Below are positions 28,581 through 38,593 of a stretch of 64,000 nt of DNA, one piece after another. Source of the DNA: an uncultured bacterium (GTDB taxonomy: Bacteria; JAGOEH01; CAYLKS01); the NCBI GenBank assembly GCA_964384205.1, contig CAYLKS010000003.1, positions 12,337 to 76,336 of the forward strand, in the 5' to 3' direction. Each line of letters starts with the position of its first letter. The first letter of the stretch is position 1. The position numbers and the translations under genes were made by a program. The notes under the pieces were generated by a model. The model was given only the letters and a program-made list of their open reading frames with translations, had not been told where the DNA came from and searched no databases.

Positions 28581-29561
28581 TTACAAATGAATTAAAAATG
28601 TATTCATTTTAAAATAAAATAATTTTTCTATTTGACCGTACTTAATAATTTTATAAAAATCTTTTTCTGTAGTGATTATAATATCAAATTTCTTGCTTAT
28701 TTTAGACAACATATGAAAATCTTTATAACTATAATTATAATGATCTCTAAATTTTAAAAATTTAATTTTTTTAAATTTTAAAATTAATTTAAAATTAATT
28801 TTAAAAGATTCAAAATTACCAATTCCAGAAAAAGCAAAAATTCTTTTATTTTTAAGATTAAGAAAATCTAATCTTTCAGAATTATTATTAACTAAACAAT
28901 CTATTTCAAAATTAGTAACAATAATCTTTTTATTAAATTTTAATAAATAATCTCTGATTTCATGAAGCTTTTGATTACTTACATAATTTGCTCTGGAAAT
29001 CCAAAAAATATCAGCAAGTTCTAATTCACGAACATCATGCCTTAATCTTCCCCATGGAATTGTATAAAAATTATCAAAAGGATTAATAGCATCAATTACA
29101 CAAATTTTTAAATTCTGCTTAATTTTAAACTTATGAAAGGCATCATCAATTATTGTAAAAAAATATGGCAAATCATTATATTTTAACAATGCTTTTTCTT
29201 TCTGATTAGTGATAATAAAATAAGTATCTGGGAAATTTTTCATAATCATATACGGTTCATCTCCTATATCCTCTACAGAATATTTGTTAACTAAATTTTT
29301 CCCAAATCCAAGAATATCTATATTTGTTTTTCTTTTATATCCTCTTAAAACAATATTTGCCTTCCCTTTTAATAAAGAAAGTAAAAAAATTTCTGAAGGT
29401 GTTTTACCAGTTCCACCAAGACTTATATTCCCAATACCTATAATATATTGATTCTTTATTTCTATTGGTCTATACTTTTTTATATAAAAAAATCTAATTT
29501 TTGTAATTAATTTATATAAAATAAAAAAAGGAAAAGTCAATATACGAAAAACTATTATCAT
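28581..29561 (-). CDS. lpxK: Tetraacyldisaccharide 4'-kinase (start revised to ATG 29561)
   Basis: IGNISLGGTGKTP, LRGYK, GDEP, DDAFH, PWGRLR, FRDHY, ITTEKD. Confidence 0.93.
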   Translation of the reverse strand: MIIVFRILTFPFFILYKLITKIRFFYIKKYRPIEIKNQYIIGIGNISLGGTGKTPSEIFLLSLLKGKANIVLRGYKRKTNIDILGFGKNLVNKYSVEDIGDEPYMIMKNFPDTYFIITNQKEKALLKYNDLPYFFTIIDDAFHKFKIKQNLKICVIDAINPFDNFYTIPWGRLRHDVRELELADIFWISRANYVSNQKLHEIRDYLLKFNKKIIVTNFEIDCLVNNNSERLDFLNLKNKRIFAFSGIGNFESFKINFKLILKFKKIKFLKFRDHYNYSYKDFHMLSKISKKFDIIITTEKDFYKIIKYGQIEKLFYFKMNTFLIHL

Positions 29562-29603
29562 AAATAAAAAATCCCCCCGCAAAATCATTTTAAAACGGGG
29601 GGG
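29562..29603 (-). terminator. GC hairpin with T-tract between secF and lpxK
   Basis: Minus strand CCCCCCG-16 nt-CGGGGGG followed by ATTTTTTATTT and the lpxK ATG. Confidence 0.55.
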
Positions 29604-29618
29604 AAACAAACTTTAAGA

Positions 29619-30527
29619 TTAATATCTTTTTTTAGAAGTCTTAACTCTATTTTGCCAGAACAATAAAATAGGGCTGGCTATAAAAATTGAAGAATAAGTA
29701 CCCACTACCACTCCGAAAAATAATGCCAATGAAAAATCAAAAATAACTTCTCCACCTTTTAACAGTAAAGCAATTACAACAAGTAAAGTAGTCAAAGAAG
29801 TAATAATAGTTCTGCTTAATGTTTGATTAATACTAAGATTTATAATTTCATCAAAAGTTTTCTTTCTTATAGTACGCACATCTTCACGAATTCTATCAAA
29901 AACCACAATAGTATCATTAAGAGAATAACCTACTATAGTAAGTAAAGCAGCAATAACTGTTAATGAAATTTCTTTATCTAATAAAGAAAATAATGCTAAT
30001 GTAGCAAGCACATCATGGAAAAGAGCAACAATAGCACCAATAGCGAATCTAAACTCAAATCTAATAGAAATATAAATTAAAATACCAATTAATGAAAATA
30101 AAATAGCCCATAATGCTTTATATTTTAATTCAGTCCCTACTTTAGGACCAACACTTTCAATTCTTCTAACTTCAAAATTATTATCTTTAATCTTTTGTTT
30201 TAAAAAATCAGTAATATTTTCTACTTCTTTTGTCTGATTTTTAGTTTTAGGTAAAAATCTGATTAATACTTCATCTTTTGAACCGAATTCTGTTATTTGC
30301 ATAGAAGAAAGTTTCAATTCTCCTAAAATATCTCTCAAAGAACCAACATCAACAGGTTTATCAAATTTTAATTGAACCAATGTTCCACCAGCAAAATCTA
30401 TTGATAAATTAAAACCACCTTTAACAATAAAAGATATCAAACCTGCTAAAATAATAAGACCCGATATAGCAAAGGCGATTTTCCTTTTATTTATAAAATC
30501 AATATTAGGATTCTTAAAAAATCTCAT
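29619..30527 (-). CDS. secF: Protein translocase subunit SecF
   Basis: SIDFAGG, ESVGPKVG, ALFHDV, GYSLNDTIVVFDRIRE, NQTLSRT, GTYSSIFIA. Confidence 0.97.
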   Translation of the reverse strand: MRFFKNPNIDFINKRKIAFAISGLIILAGLISFIVKGGFNLSIDFAGGTLVQLKFDKPVDVGSLRDILGELKLSSMQITEFGSKDEVLIRFLPKTKNQTKEVENITDFLKQKIKDNNFEVRRIESVGPKVGTELKYKALWAILFSLIGILIYISIRFEFRFAIGAIVALFHDVLATLALFSLLDKEISLTVIAALLTIVGYSLNDTIVVFDRIREDVRTIRKKTFDEIINLSINQTLSRTIITSLTTLLVVIALLLKGGEVIFDFSLALFFGVVVGTYSSIFIASPILLFWQNRVKTSKKRY

Positions 30528-30546
30528 TAAAAGCCTCCTTTTATAT

Positions 30547-32313
30547 TTATATACTTAATGTTTTAGGTTTAATCTTAAATACTATAAAATCAAAAATTAA
30601 TCTTGAAACAACTAAAGCAGTAAACATTGATGACAAAATACCAATAGATAATGTTACTGCAAAACCTCTAATAGGACCGGTACCAAAATTATATAAAACT
30701 AATGCTGTAAGTAATGTCGTTATATTAGAATCAAGGATAGTCCATCTTGCTTTTGTAAAACCTGATTCAACGGATGCTGCAATAGTTTTATTAAGATCTA
30801 TTTCTTCTCTTATACGTTCAAATATAAGAACATTAGCATCAACAGCCATACCTATAGTTAAAATTAAACCCGCAATACCAGGCAATGTTAAAGTAGAATT
30901 TAAATAAGCCATAGCTGCTAAAACAAATAAAAAATTCAAAGAAAGAGCAAAATCTGCAATAAGACCAGCAAATTTATAATAAATAAGCATAAATAAAACA
31001 ACCAATAATACTCCTATAAGAGCTGCATTCTGTCCCATTCTAATAGAATCCGCTCCAAGAGTTGGTCCAACTGTTCTTTCTTCAATAATATTAACTGGAG
31101 CAGGTAGTGCACCACTTCTTAAAACAATCGCTAAATCCTTTGCTTCATCCATATCTTTACTACCAGTAATAATAGATTCACCATTTCTAATTTTAGTTAT
31201 AAGTTTCGGTGCATTAACTACTTTATGGTCTAATACAATTGCCAATCTCTTATTTATATTTGAGCCTGTAATTTGGGCGAATGTCTCAACATAATCATTC
31301 TTAACTTTAAATTCCACAATAGGTTTACCTGCAATAGAAGGATCATAACCCTGCCCAATAGTAGGAATTGCATCTTTAACAGCAGTGCCTGTCATCTCAG
31401 GTTTTTTAGTAACAACATATAATTGTCTATAAGGCTTTGCTTCTGGTCCTAAAAATACATCTTTTGAACCCCATAAAATCTCGACATCCTCAGGAATAAC
31501 ATCCTGAACTTCCTGTGTCTTAAATAAAGAATCTAAAATTTTATATTCACTTTTAGGAACATAATAATCGACAAATTCCCTGCTTCTTTGCGGAAAAATT
31601 CTTGATAAAATAGGGTGATTTACTTCTAATGTATCTTTCTTTGCTAATTTATCCAATACACTGGTAGAAGTATCTACCGTGGTATCTGAAGCTTTAGAAG
31701 TGTCAGAAGATTTAACATCTTTTTGAAGATCTGACAAAATTTTATCAGATTCAGAAACATTTTTATCCTTTTCTTGTGTTTTTTCCTTTTCTAACTCTTT
31801 CTGACTGATAATATTATATTTAACTAACAAATTTTTTTCTCTTGCAATATCATCTATTTTTTGTAATAATTGCTGAACTTCCTGTCCTTCTCTTACAATT
31901 TTAAACTCCAATAATGCTGTCTGACCTATAAGTTTTTTTGCTCTTTCAGGATTTTGTAACCCGGGAAGTTCCACAATAATTCTATTACTACCTTGCTTCT
32001 GTATTAAAGGCTCACTAACCCCAAACTGATCAATTCTGTTTCTAATCACCTCTAATGCTCTATCTAAAGCATCTTTTTTCTCATTATCTGTTAATTTACT
32101 CATATCAACTTCCAGTACAAGGTGCATACCACCTTTTAAATCAAGACCAAGATTTATAGAATTTGCCTGTAACTTTTCCAATTCGGTTAAAGATAATTTC
32201 TTTTTCTCAGCATCACTCAATCCCATTAACTTAAATGTAGGCATTAAATACAATACACTTATCAATATTAGCAGCAAAACCAAAAATGTCTTCACGTAAA
32301 AGCCTTTTTTCAT
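30547..32313 (-). CDS. secD: Protein translocase subunit SecD
   Basis: LGLDLKGG, RNRIDQFGVSEP, LRSGALP, VGPTLG, GMAVDANVLIFERIREE; low-complexity insertion in the P1 domain. Confidence 0.97.
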   Translation of the reverse strand: MKKGFYVKTFLVLLLILISVLYLMPTFKLMGLSDAEKKKLSLTELEKLQANSINLGLDLKGGMHLVLEVDMSKLTDNEKKDALDRALEVIRNRIDQFGVSEPLIQKQGSNRIIVELPGLQNPERAKKLIGQTALLEFKIVREGQEVQQLLQKIDDIAREKNLLVKYNIISQKELEKEKTQEKDKNVSESDKILSDLQKDVKSSDTSKASDTTVDTSTSVLDKLAKKDTLEVNHPILSRIFPQRSREFVDYYVPKSEYKILDSLFKTQEVQDVIPEDVEILWGSKDVFLGPEAKPYRQLYVVTKKPEMTGTAVKDAIPTIGQGYDPSIAGKPIVEFKVKNDYVETFAQITGSNINKRLAIVLDHKVVNAPKLITKIRNGESIITGSKDMDEAKDLAIVLRSGALPAPVNIIEERTVGPTLGADSIRMGQNAALIGVLLVVLFMLIYYKFAGLIADFALSLNFLFVLAAMAYLNSTLTLPGIAGLILTIGMAVDANVLIFERIREEIDLNKTIAASVESGFTKARWTILDSNITTLLTALVLYNFGTGPIRGFAVTLSIGILSSMFTALVVSRLIFDFIVFKIKPKTLSI

Positions 32314-32325
32314 TCTTTCCTCCTT

Positions 32326-32736
32326 CTAATTCTTTTTAATGTCCAATTCTATTATTTTTTTATTACTTTCAAAAAAATTCATTAGAATTTTATTTGAATA
32401 TTCAAATCCACTATATTCTTTTACTCCATTCTCTTTAAGAAAATTTATAATATTATATAAAAAAATATACTTATCTATCTTATTGCACTTTACCTTAATA
32501 TTCAAAATATTATTTCCTATTAATCTTTCTTTAATATAAAAAAAATTATACTGAATCAATTTCTCCTCTTCCAACGAATCAAGAAAAGATATCACCCTAT
32601 CCTGAACTTCTGGTACAATTCGTGCTACTCCTGAAATCTCCGACTGCTTAGTAAAATAATACCTACCTACTAATATTGAACTGTACAAAATATTAATAAA
32701 AACTATTGCTACAATTATTAAAATTCTCACTCTCAT
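32326..32736 (-). CDS. Hypothetical protein with N-terminal hydrophobic/signal segment
   Basis: 136-aa ORF co-oriented immediately upstream of secD; not recognisable as YajC. Confidence 0.55.
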   Translation of the reverse strand: MRVRILIIVAIVFINILYSSILVGRYYFTKQSEISGVARIVPEVQDRVISFLDSLEEEKLIQYNFFYIKERLIGNNILNIKVKCNKIDKYIFLYNIINFLKENGVKEYSGFEYSNKILMNFFESNKKIIELDIKKN

Positions 32737-32793
32737 AAAGTTTGAATAAAATAACTAAAAATGATTAAAAAATCAAGGGAAAAAATATGTTAA

Positions 32794-33336
32794 TTAAATT
32801 TCAAGATCCCTTAAAAATAAGGAAGATATTTTATCAATACAATCTTTAAAAACATCTATAGATAACAAATATATAGAACTATTTATTTCATCCACACTTG
32901 CATATTTATCTATTGTTCTTTCTTTCGTGCTCTTAACATCTGAAAAGAAAATTAAACTACCATTATTATCAACCACCTCTACCCGCAATTTAATCGTAAT
33001 AGTAACAATTCTATTATTATCTGAATCAAAATTTTCTTCTCTTTCCATTTTTAAAAGATAAATATTAATTATACAATCTGAATCACTCTTTTTTGATTGC
33101 TGATCATTGTAATAAGAATAAATAGATTTAAATTCTGATTTAACTGCTAATTTATCCATAAAAAAAGAATTCAGCATCAATATATCAGAATCAACTAAAT
33201 AATCCGAAACTCCCTGAAAAATATCTATATAAGCAGTACGATATACATCATAATCAATATTTGATTCATTTTTATAAACTAAAGATGTACAAGAAAAAAA
33301 GAAAATACCTAATAATAAAAAATAAATCCTTTTCAT
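32794..33336 (-). CDS. Hypothetical lipoprotein
   Basis: Lipobox-like FFSC after a short signal peptide; start overlaps upstream stop by 1 nt. Confidence 0.65.
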   Translation of the reverse strand: MKRIYFLLLGIFFFSCTSLVYKNESNIDYDVYRTAYIDIFQGVSDYLVDSDILMLNSFFMDKLAVKSEFKSIYSYYNDQQSKKSDSDCIINIYLLKMEREENFDSDNNRIVTITIKLRVEVVDNNGSLIFFSDVKSTKERTIDKYASVDEINSSIYLLSIDVFKDCIDKISSLFLRDLEI

Positions 33337-33824
33337 TAGAATGCAATTCCTATTCCTACAGAATTAATAAAAGAATCTTCAAACTCTATGTCAGATGAGT
33401 GAATAAGTGGATACTGAAATTTATAAAATATTTTAACCTTTGTTGGCGTTATATATTCAAACTTTACAATAAAAGGCATAATATGATATTTTAACGACCT
33501 ATCAATATGAGCAAGATGATGAAAAGAATAACCAATACCAGATTTTAATATGAAATTATCTTTATGCATTAAATTAAGCAAAAAATCTATATTTAAATAA
33601 TAACCAAGCCATTGCTTTTTATTAATAGCAATATTTTCCTCTCTTGTATAGTTTAATCCCATATTAAAACAAAAATCAACCGTCTTTCCACCAATCTGAA
33701 TATATGGACCAAAATATACTTTATTTGTAATTAAAGGAATATCTACTCCAAAACTAAAATCTCCAAAAACTTTTGATATATTAAGTATAAACAGCAAACA
33801 AAATAAATACAAATATTGTTTCAT
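33336..33824 (-). CDS. Hypothetical small outer-membrane beta-barrel-like protein
   Basis: Signal peptide, amphipathic aromatic beta-strands, ends GIGIAF. Confidence 0.55.
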   Translation of the reverse strand: MKQYLYLFCLLFILNISKVFGDFSFGVDIPLITNKVYFGPYIQIGGKTVDFCFNMGLNYTREENIAINKKQWLGYYLNIDFLLNLMHKDNFILKSGIGYSFHHLAHIDRSLKYHIMPFIVKFEYITPTKVKIFYKFQYPLIHSSDIEFEDSFINSVGIGIAF

Positions 33825-34283
33825 GTCTATTATATAATATAAAAATCAAATAATGTCAATAAAATATTGCAAAATTATAAAATCAAAAACATATTCCCCT
33901 ATCAAAAATTTTGATAATAATCTCCCCAACAAACTAAACAAATTGGTCTTACAACAAAGTATAAAAAAGCATATCAAAGTAATGAGAAGTGTTTCCACAA
34001 GGCTATGAAAAAAGAAGAATATGAACTTCAGAAATTTTGTTCAAAAGTTTTATAGATATTATGACTTTTTCACTAAAAACTAACAATATACAAAATTTTT
34101 AAATTATACATTAACATCAAAATTTCTATTATAAAATAAATAATTAATTAATCTTATCAACAATATTAGTATTGGTAAAAATTAATATAAATAATGGTCT
34201 CAATTAAAACAAATACTCTAAAGCAAATATATGTAAACACAGACAATATCATTTCAATATGAGGTAGTAAAAAAACTCTATTT

Positions 34284-35696
34284 TTAACATTTCTGCCATT
34301 TTTCTGCTAATTCTATAAACTTTTTATCAGCATAGGAAAAAAATTTCTTATAACCTTCACAAAGAAAACTAACATTATCTATAGAACTAATATTAAATCT
34401 ATCTTTAATGCACCCTCCATGGCAATAGTTTAACCACTCACAAGATAAACATTTCTGCGGAAGTCTGGCTTTTTGCAGACCAAAACTAATCTGCTTATCA
34501 GAATTTAATAAATCAAGCATATTATTATTTTTAATATTTCCTAAATAATGCTCATTATCAACAAAAAAATCACAAGAATAAACATTACCATTGTGCTCAA
34601 CGACTAAATATGTTCCACACTCTTTTTGAAAAACACAATCAGGAGGTACAAGATTAACATAAAAAAAGAATAGAGATTCAAAAAACCTAATATATGTGGT
34701 TGGTTTATTATCAACAAAATCTCCCAGCCATAAATCAAATAAGCTAATTAAAAAATCACCATATCGTTCCGGTTCAGGAACAAAAAAAGCAGGGATAGAC
34801 TTATCTCGAAAGTTTGGTTCTACAGCTGGAATAAATTGCATATAATTAAGACCTATACCTTTAAAAAAATTATAAATCTCTTCCGGGAACTGTACTGAAT
34901 AGTTATTAACAACAGCTAATGCATTGACCTTAACATCATTTTCAAGCATTAATAAAGCAGATTTATACACCTCACCAAATGTTTCTTTTCCATTAGTGTA
35001 TTTTCTATACCTATTATGAATATGTTCCGGACCATCAATAGATAATCCAACCAAAAAATCATTAAATTTCAAAAATTCACACCATTGCTTATCAATCAAA
35101 ATCCCATTCGTCTGTAAAGAATTAGATATTCTTTTCCCTTTTCCAAAAATTTTCTGATATTCAATAGCTTTTCTAAAAAAATCAATTCCCATTAAAGTAG
35201 GCTCACCACCCTGCCACCCAAAATTTATACTATCCCCTCCAAAAGTAATACTCTGGATAATAAGTTCTTTTAAAATATCATCACTCATCCTATGAATATC
35301 ATTTTTAAAAAAACCATTTTTAGCTAAATAAAAACAATAGTCACATGATAAATTACAATCCGGTCCAGCCGGTTTCACTAATAAAAAATTAAGCTGCTTC
35401 CTAATATTTGATATTTTTTCATTGTAAATACGAACTTCTGCTTTTGATACCAACTGGTTACAATAGTTATCAAAAGAATCTTCATCAGGGAAATTATTCT
35501 CAATATACTCGTCTATATTATCTATTCCTTTATTCAATAGATCCTGCAGTATTAACTCTCTTTCAATAGCATTATCAATAGCCCATTTGCGAATTTGACT
35601 CTTAGGAATATGCAAGGATTTATCAGATAAAATTAAATTTATCTCATTATTAATGTCCTCTTCTGTAAGAATAGAACCATTTACGAAAATTCTCAA
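34284..35696 (-). CDS. Anaerobic sulfatase maturase (radical SAM/SPASM) with ~95-aa N-terminal extension
   Basis: VKPAGPDCNLSCDYCFY, WQGGEPTL, QTNG, GLSIDG, GNVYSCDFFV, CxxC...CHGGC SPASM cysteines; TTG start after AAGGA. Confidence 0.92.
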   Translation of the reverse strand: MRIFVNGSILTEEDINNEINLILSDKSLHIPKSQIRKWAIDNAIERELILQDLLNKGIDNIDEYIENNFPDEDSFDNYCNQLVSKAEVRIYNEKISNIRKQLNFLLVKPAGPDCNLSCDYCFYLAKNGFFKNDIHRMSDDILKELIIQSITFGGDSINFGWQGGEPTLMGIDFFRKAIEYQKIFGKGKRISNSLQTNGILIDKQWCEFLKFNDFLVGLSIDGPEHIHNRYRKYTNGKETFGEVYKSALLMLENDVKVNALAVVNNYSVQFPEEIYNFFKGIGLNYMQFIPAVEPNFRDKSIPAFFVPEPERYGDFLISLFDLWLGDFVDNKPTTYIRFFESLFFFYVNLVPPDCVFQKECGTYLVVEHNGNVYSCDFFVDNEHYLGNIKNNNMLDLLNSDKQISFGLQKARLPQKCLSCEWLNYCHGGCIKDRFNISSIDNVSFLCEGYKKFFSYADKKFIELAEKWQKC

Positions 35697-35717
35697 AATA
35701 TTTCCTTTTTGTTTTTT

Positions 35718-35785
35718 ATTATAATAAAAAAATATAAAAGATTCAATAGATAATTATTGACAATAAAAAAAAAGATTATTAAATA
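35718..35785. promoter_or_regulatory. Divergent promoters for anSME and sulfatase
   Basis: Minus TTGAAT-17-TATAAT (35746-35718); plus TTGACA at 35757-35762 with an AT-rich -10 region. Confidence 0.6.
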
Positions 35786-35807
35786 TATAAAAAAAAAGAA
35801 GGTGGCG

Positions 35808-37343
35808 ATGAAAAGAAGAAAATTTTTAAAAACTATAGGTATAATAAGTGCAGGTTTTTTATTTTATAACAAATCTTTTTCAAAAAAATTACTAAATAAA
35901 TTTAATGTTGTTTTTATATTAGCAGATGACTTAGGATATGGCGATATTGAAATATTAAACCCGGAATGTAAAATTCCAACCCCAAATATAAACAATTTAA
36001 TAAATAATGGAATGTTATTTACTGATGCTCACTCGGGTTCCGCTGTATGCACACCAACAAGATATGGGATTTTAACAGGAAGATATGCATTTAGAACCAG
36101 ATTACAAAGCGGAGTACTAACAGGATATTCCCCTCCTCTAATAGATAACAAAAGATTGACAATAGCAAAATTATTCAAACAAAAGGGATATAAAACAGGG
36201 TTTATTGGTAAATGGCATTTAGGATGGGACTGGGGAACAAAAGATAATTACAAATATGACGATAGATGGGATGCTACATGGGAACATGTCGATTTCTCAA
36301 AACCAATAAAAAATGGACCAAATCAAACAGGATTTGATGAATTCTTCGGTATATCCGCATCTTTAGATATGACTCCCTATGTTTATATTCACAATAATAA
36401 AGTAACTCAAATTCCAAATAAAATTATAGACGGTAAAAAAGGATATAAATTTTATAGAAAAGGACCTATAAGCAATGACTTTGATCATGAACAAACTCTA
36501 CCTCTTCTAACGGAAAAAGCTAAAAATTTCATAACAAACAATAAAAATAATCCATTTTTTCTTTTTTTCTCAATGACTGCACCCCATACACCAATTATTC
36601 CTACTAAAAAATTTCAAGGCAAAAGTGGAATTGGACCTTACGGCGATTTTGTATTAGAATGTGATTGGGCTGTAGGAGAAATAATTAACACATTAAAACA
36701 AAACAAATTATATGATAACACATTAATTATATTCACAAGTGATAATGGCCCATCTCCTGCTGCAAATTTCCAAAATTTAAAAAAATTTGGACATAGTCCA
36801 ACATATATTTATAGAGGTGCAAAAGCCGATATTTATGAAGGTGGGCATAGAATCCCGCTTGTTATTACATTTCCAGGCATAATAAAACCTAAATCTAAAT
36901 ATGAACATATAGTATGCCTAACTGATTTTTTTGCAACATTTGCTGAACTTTTAAATATTAAAATCCCGGATAACGCAGGTGAAGACAGTTTTTCCCTTGC
37001 AGAAATTATAAACGGACATACTCGACAAGCAGTAAGAGAAAATATAGTTCATCATTCTATAAATGGATCATTTGCTATCCGAACCAAAAAATGGAAATTA
37101 GAACTATGCCCTGGTTCAGGTGGATGGAGTCATCCAACTCCAAAAGAAGCAAAAAAACAAAAACTTCCACCAATACAATTATATGATATAGAAAATGATC
37201 CTAAAGAAACGATTAATGTATATAATAAATATCCAGAAATAGTGCAAAAATTAAAAAAAACTTTGATTGCTCAAATAAAAAATGGTAGAAGTACTCCAGG
37301 CAAAAAGCAAAAAAACGATGTTCCCATAAAAATCTATAAATAA
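35808..37343 (+). CDS. Cys-type arylsulfatase, Tat signal (start revised to ATG 35808)
   Basis: MKRRKFLK twin-arginine signal, LADDLGYGD, CTPTR formylglycine motif, LTGRY, GKWHLG, TSDNG, YEGGHRIP. Confidence 0.93.
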   Translation: MKRRKFLKTIGIISAGFLFYNKSFSKKLLNKFNVVFILADDLGYGDIEILNPECKIPTPNINNLINNGMLFTDAHSGSAVCTPTRYGILTGRYAFRTRLQSGVLTGYSPPLIDNKRLTIAKLFKQKGYKTGFIGKWHLGWDWGTKDNYKYDDRWDATWEHVDFSKPIKNGPNQTGFDEFFGISASLDMTPYVYIHNNKVTQIPNKIIDGKKGYKFYRKGPISNDFDHEQTLPLLTEKAKNFITNNKNNPFFLFFSMTAPHTPIIPTKKFQGKSGIGPYGDFVLECDWAVGEIINTLKQNKLYDNTLIIFTSDNGPSPAANFQNLKKFGHSPTYIYRGAKADIYEGGHRIPLVITFPGIIKPKSKYEHIVCLTDFFATFAELLNIKIPDNAGEDSFSLAEIINGHTRQAVRENIVHHSINGSFAIRTKKWKLELCPGSGGWSHPTPKEAKKQKLPPIQLYDIENDPKETINVYNKYPEIVQKLKKTLIAQIKNGRSTPGKKQKNDVPIKIYK

Positions 37344-37417
37344 AAAAAATTATATATACTTAATAAAAAATTAACATTCTATAAAATTAATAGTATTAAA
37401 TTTTGATAAAAAATAAC

Positions 37418-37446
37418 TTTACTTTTTTGTCAAAATATTATATAAT
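37418..37446 (+). promoter_or_regulatory. Sigma70-type promoter
   Basis: TTTACT-17-TATAAT; SD AAGGAG. Confidence 0.6.
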
Positions 37447-37468
37447 GCTCAAAAAAAGGAGTTGATAA

Positions 37469-37747
37469 ATGGAAAATCCTATAGAAATTCTATATTTTTC
37501 ATCAGAAACATGCAATGTATGTAAAGTACTTCGGCCAAAAGTAAAAGAATTAACACAAGAACTAAATATTAAATTTAATTATATTGACATCGATAAAAAC
37601 CCGGATAAAAAAGGACAATATATGATCTTTTCAATACCCACAATACTTATAGAAATTAATGGGAAAGAATATAAAAGGTTTTCTCGAAATATCTCAGTTA
37701 TGGAATTAAAACAAAATCTTATCCGATATATGGAATTGGTCAAATAG
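37469..37747 (+). CDS. Small thioredoxin-family protein
   Basis: FSSETCNVCK (CxxC), IFSIPTIL cis-Pro motif. Confidence 0.85.
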   Translation: MENPIEILYFSSETCNVCKVLRPKVKELTQELNIKFNYIDIDKNPDKKGQYMIFSIPTILIEINGKEYKRFSRNISVMELKQNLIRYMELVK

Positions 37748-38573
37748 ATTTTTCATTATTATTACCATATTTTCTATATGGTAAATATTCAACTGATGGA
37801 ATTTTTCTCAAAGGCTGAGGGAAAAGATTCATAAGTTTTAATATTTCTTCAGGAAAATCTGTATTCACAGGAAGTCCTAATTCTTTAGCTTCATCTGCTG
37901 AAATAGGATAATCATGAGTCCACTTTCCAGTAGATAATATATGTGCTATTTCTTTTGCTTTCTCTTCTCCTACTTTATCATGTAATAATTCGAATACTGC
38001 CATATTAAGCTGTTTTATAGCTTTCTCAGCTTGATCAGCCAACAATAAAGTCTGATCATCTACTTTATCTATTGACTTATTCTTTACTACTTTTAAAATC
38101 GATGCCGCGGGATATTGTCCCAATTGAGGATCTACAGGCCCCAACACAGCATCTTCTGTCATAACAATTTCATCAGCTGCAAGTGCAATCAATGTCCCAC
38201 CAGACATTGCATAATGAGGAACAAATACCCTAACTTTTGCTTTATGTCTTTTTAATGCTCTCGCTATTTGTAAAGATGCAAGAACCAATCCGCCTGGAGT
38301 ATGAACTACAAGATCAATAGGAACATCCGGAGCTGTTAAATGTATTGCTCTTATTACTTCTTCAGAATCATGAATATCAATATATTTCATAACAGGAAAA
38401 CCTAAAAAACTCATAGTTTCCTGTCTATGTATTAGCAAAATTAATCTACTTTTAAACTTTTCTTCGATCACAGAAATCAATTTTTTTCTACTTGCTTCAA
38501 GCATTCTCTGCTTTATAACAGGCTGAATAGCAGAAATCATAAAAAATAACCAAAAAAATATAAATAAATCCAT
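37740..38573 (-). CDS. ClpP-fold serine protease, SDH_sah/DUF114 family (start revised to ATG 38573)
   Basis: N-terminal TM, HRQETMSFLG, HTPGG, PHYAMSGGTLIALAAD, LGPVDPQ, WTHDYPI; SD GGGAGG. Confidence 0.88.
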   Translation of the reverse strand: MDLFIFFWLFFMISAIQPVIKQRMLEASRKKLISVIEEKFKSRLILLIHRQETMSFLGFPVMKYIDIHDSEEVIRAIHLTAPDVPIDLVVHTPGGLVLASLQIARALKRHKAKVRVFVPHYAMSGGTLIALAADEIVMTEDAVLGPVDPQLGQYPAASILKVVKNKSIDKVDDQTLLLADQAEKAIKQLNMAVFELLHDKVGEEKAKEIAHILSTGKWTHDYPISADEAKELGLPVNTDFPEEILKLMNLFPQPLRKIPSVEYLPYRKYGNNNEKSI

Positions 38574-38593
38574 CTTCTCATACCTCCCACATA

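Noticed and set aside
33860-34283. ~420-bp intergenic gap with a ~45-codon start-less frame and a GTTTCCAC stretch reminiscent of a CRISPR repeat start
   Set aside because: No repeated unit, no spacers, no cas genes, no recognisable transposase motif or terminal inverted repeats.
35757-35807. ORF-track N-terminal extensions of sulfatase, ansA, lpxK, SDH protease, ftsQ and cyclophilin
   Set aside because: They run through promoters, hairpins or SD sites (the sulfatase 'TTG start' is the -35 TTGACA); better ATG starts lie downstream.
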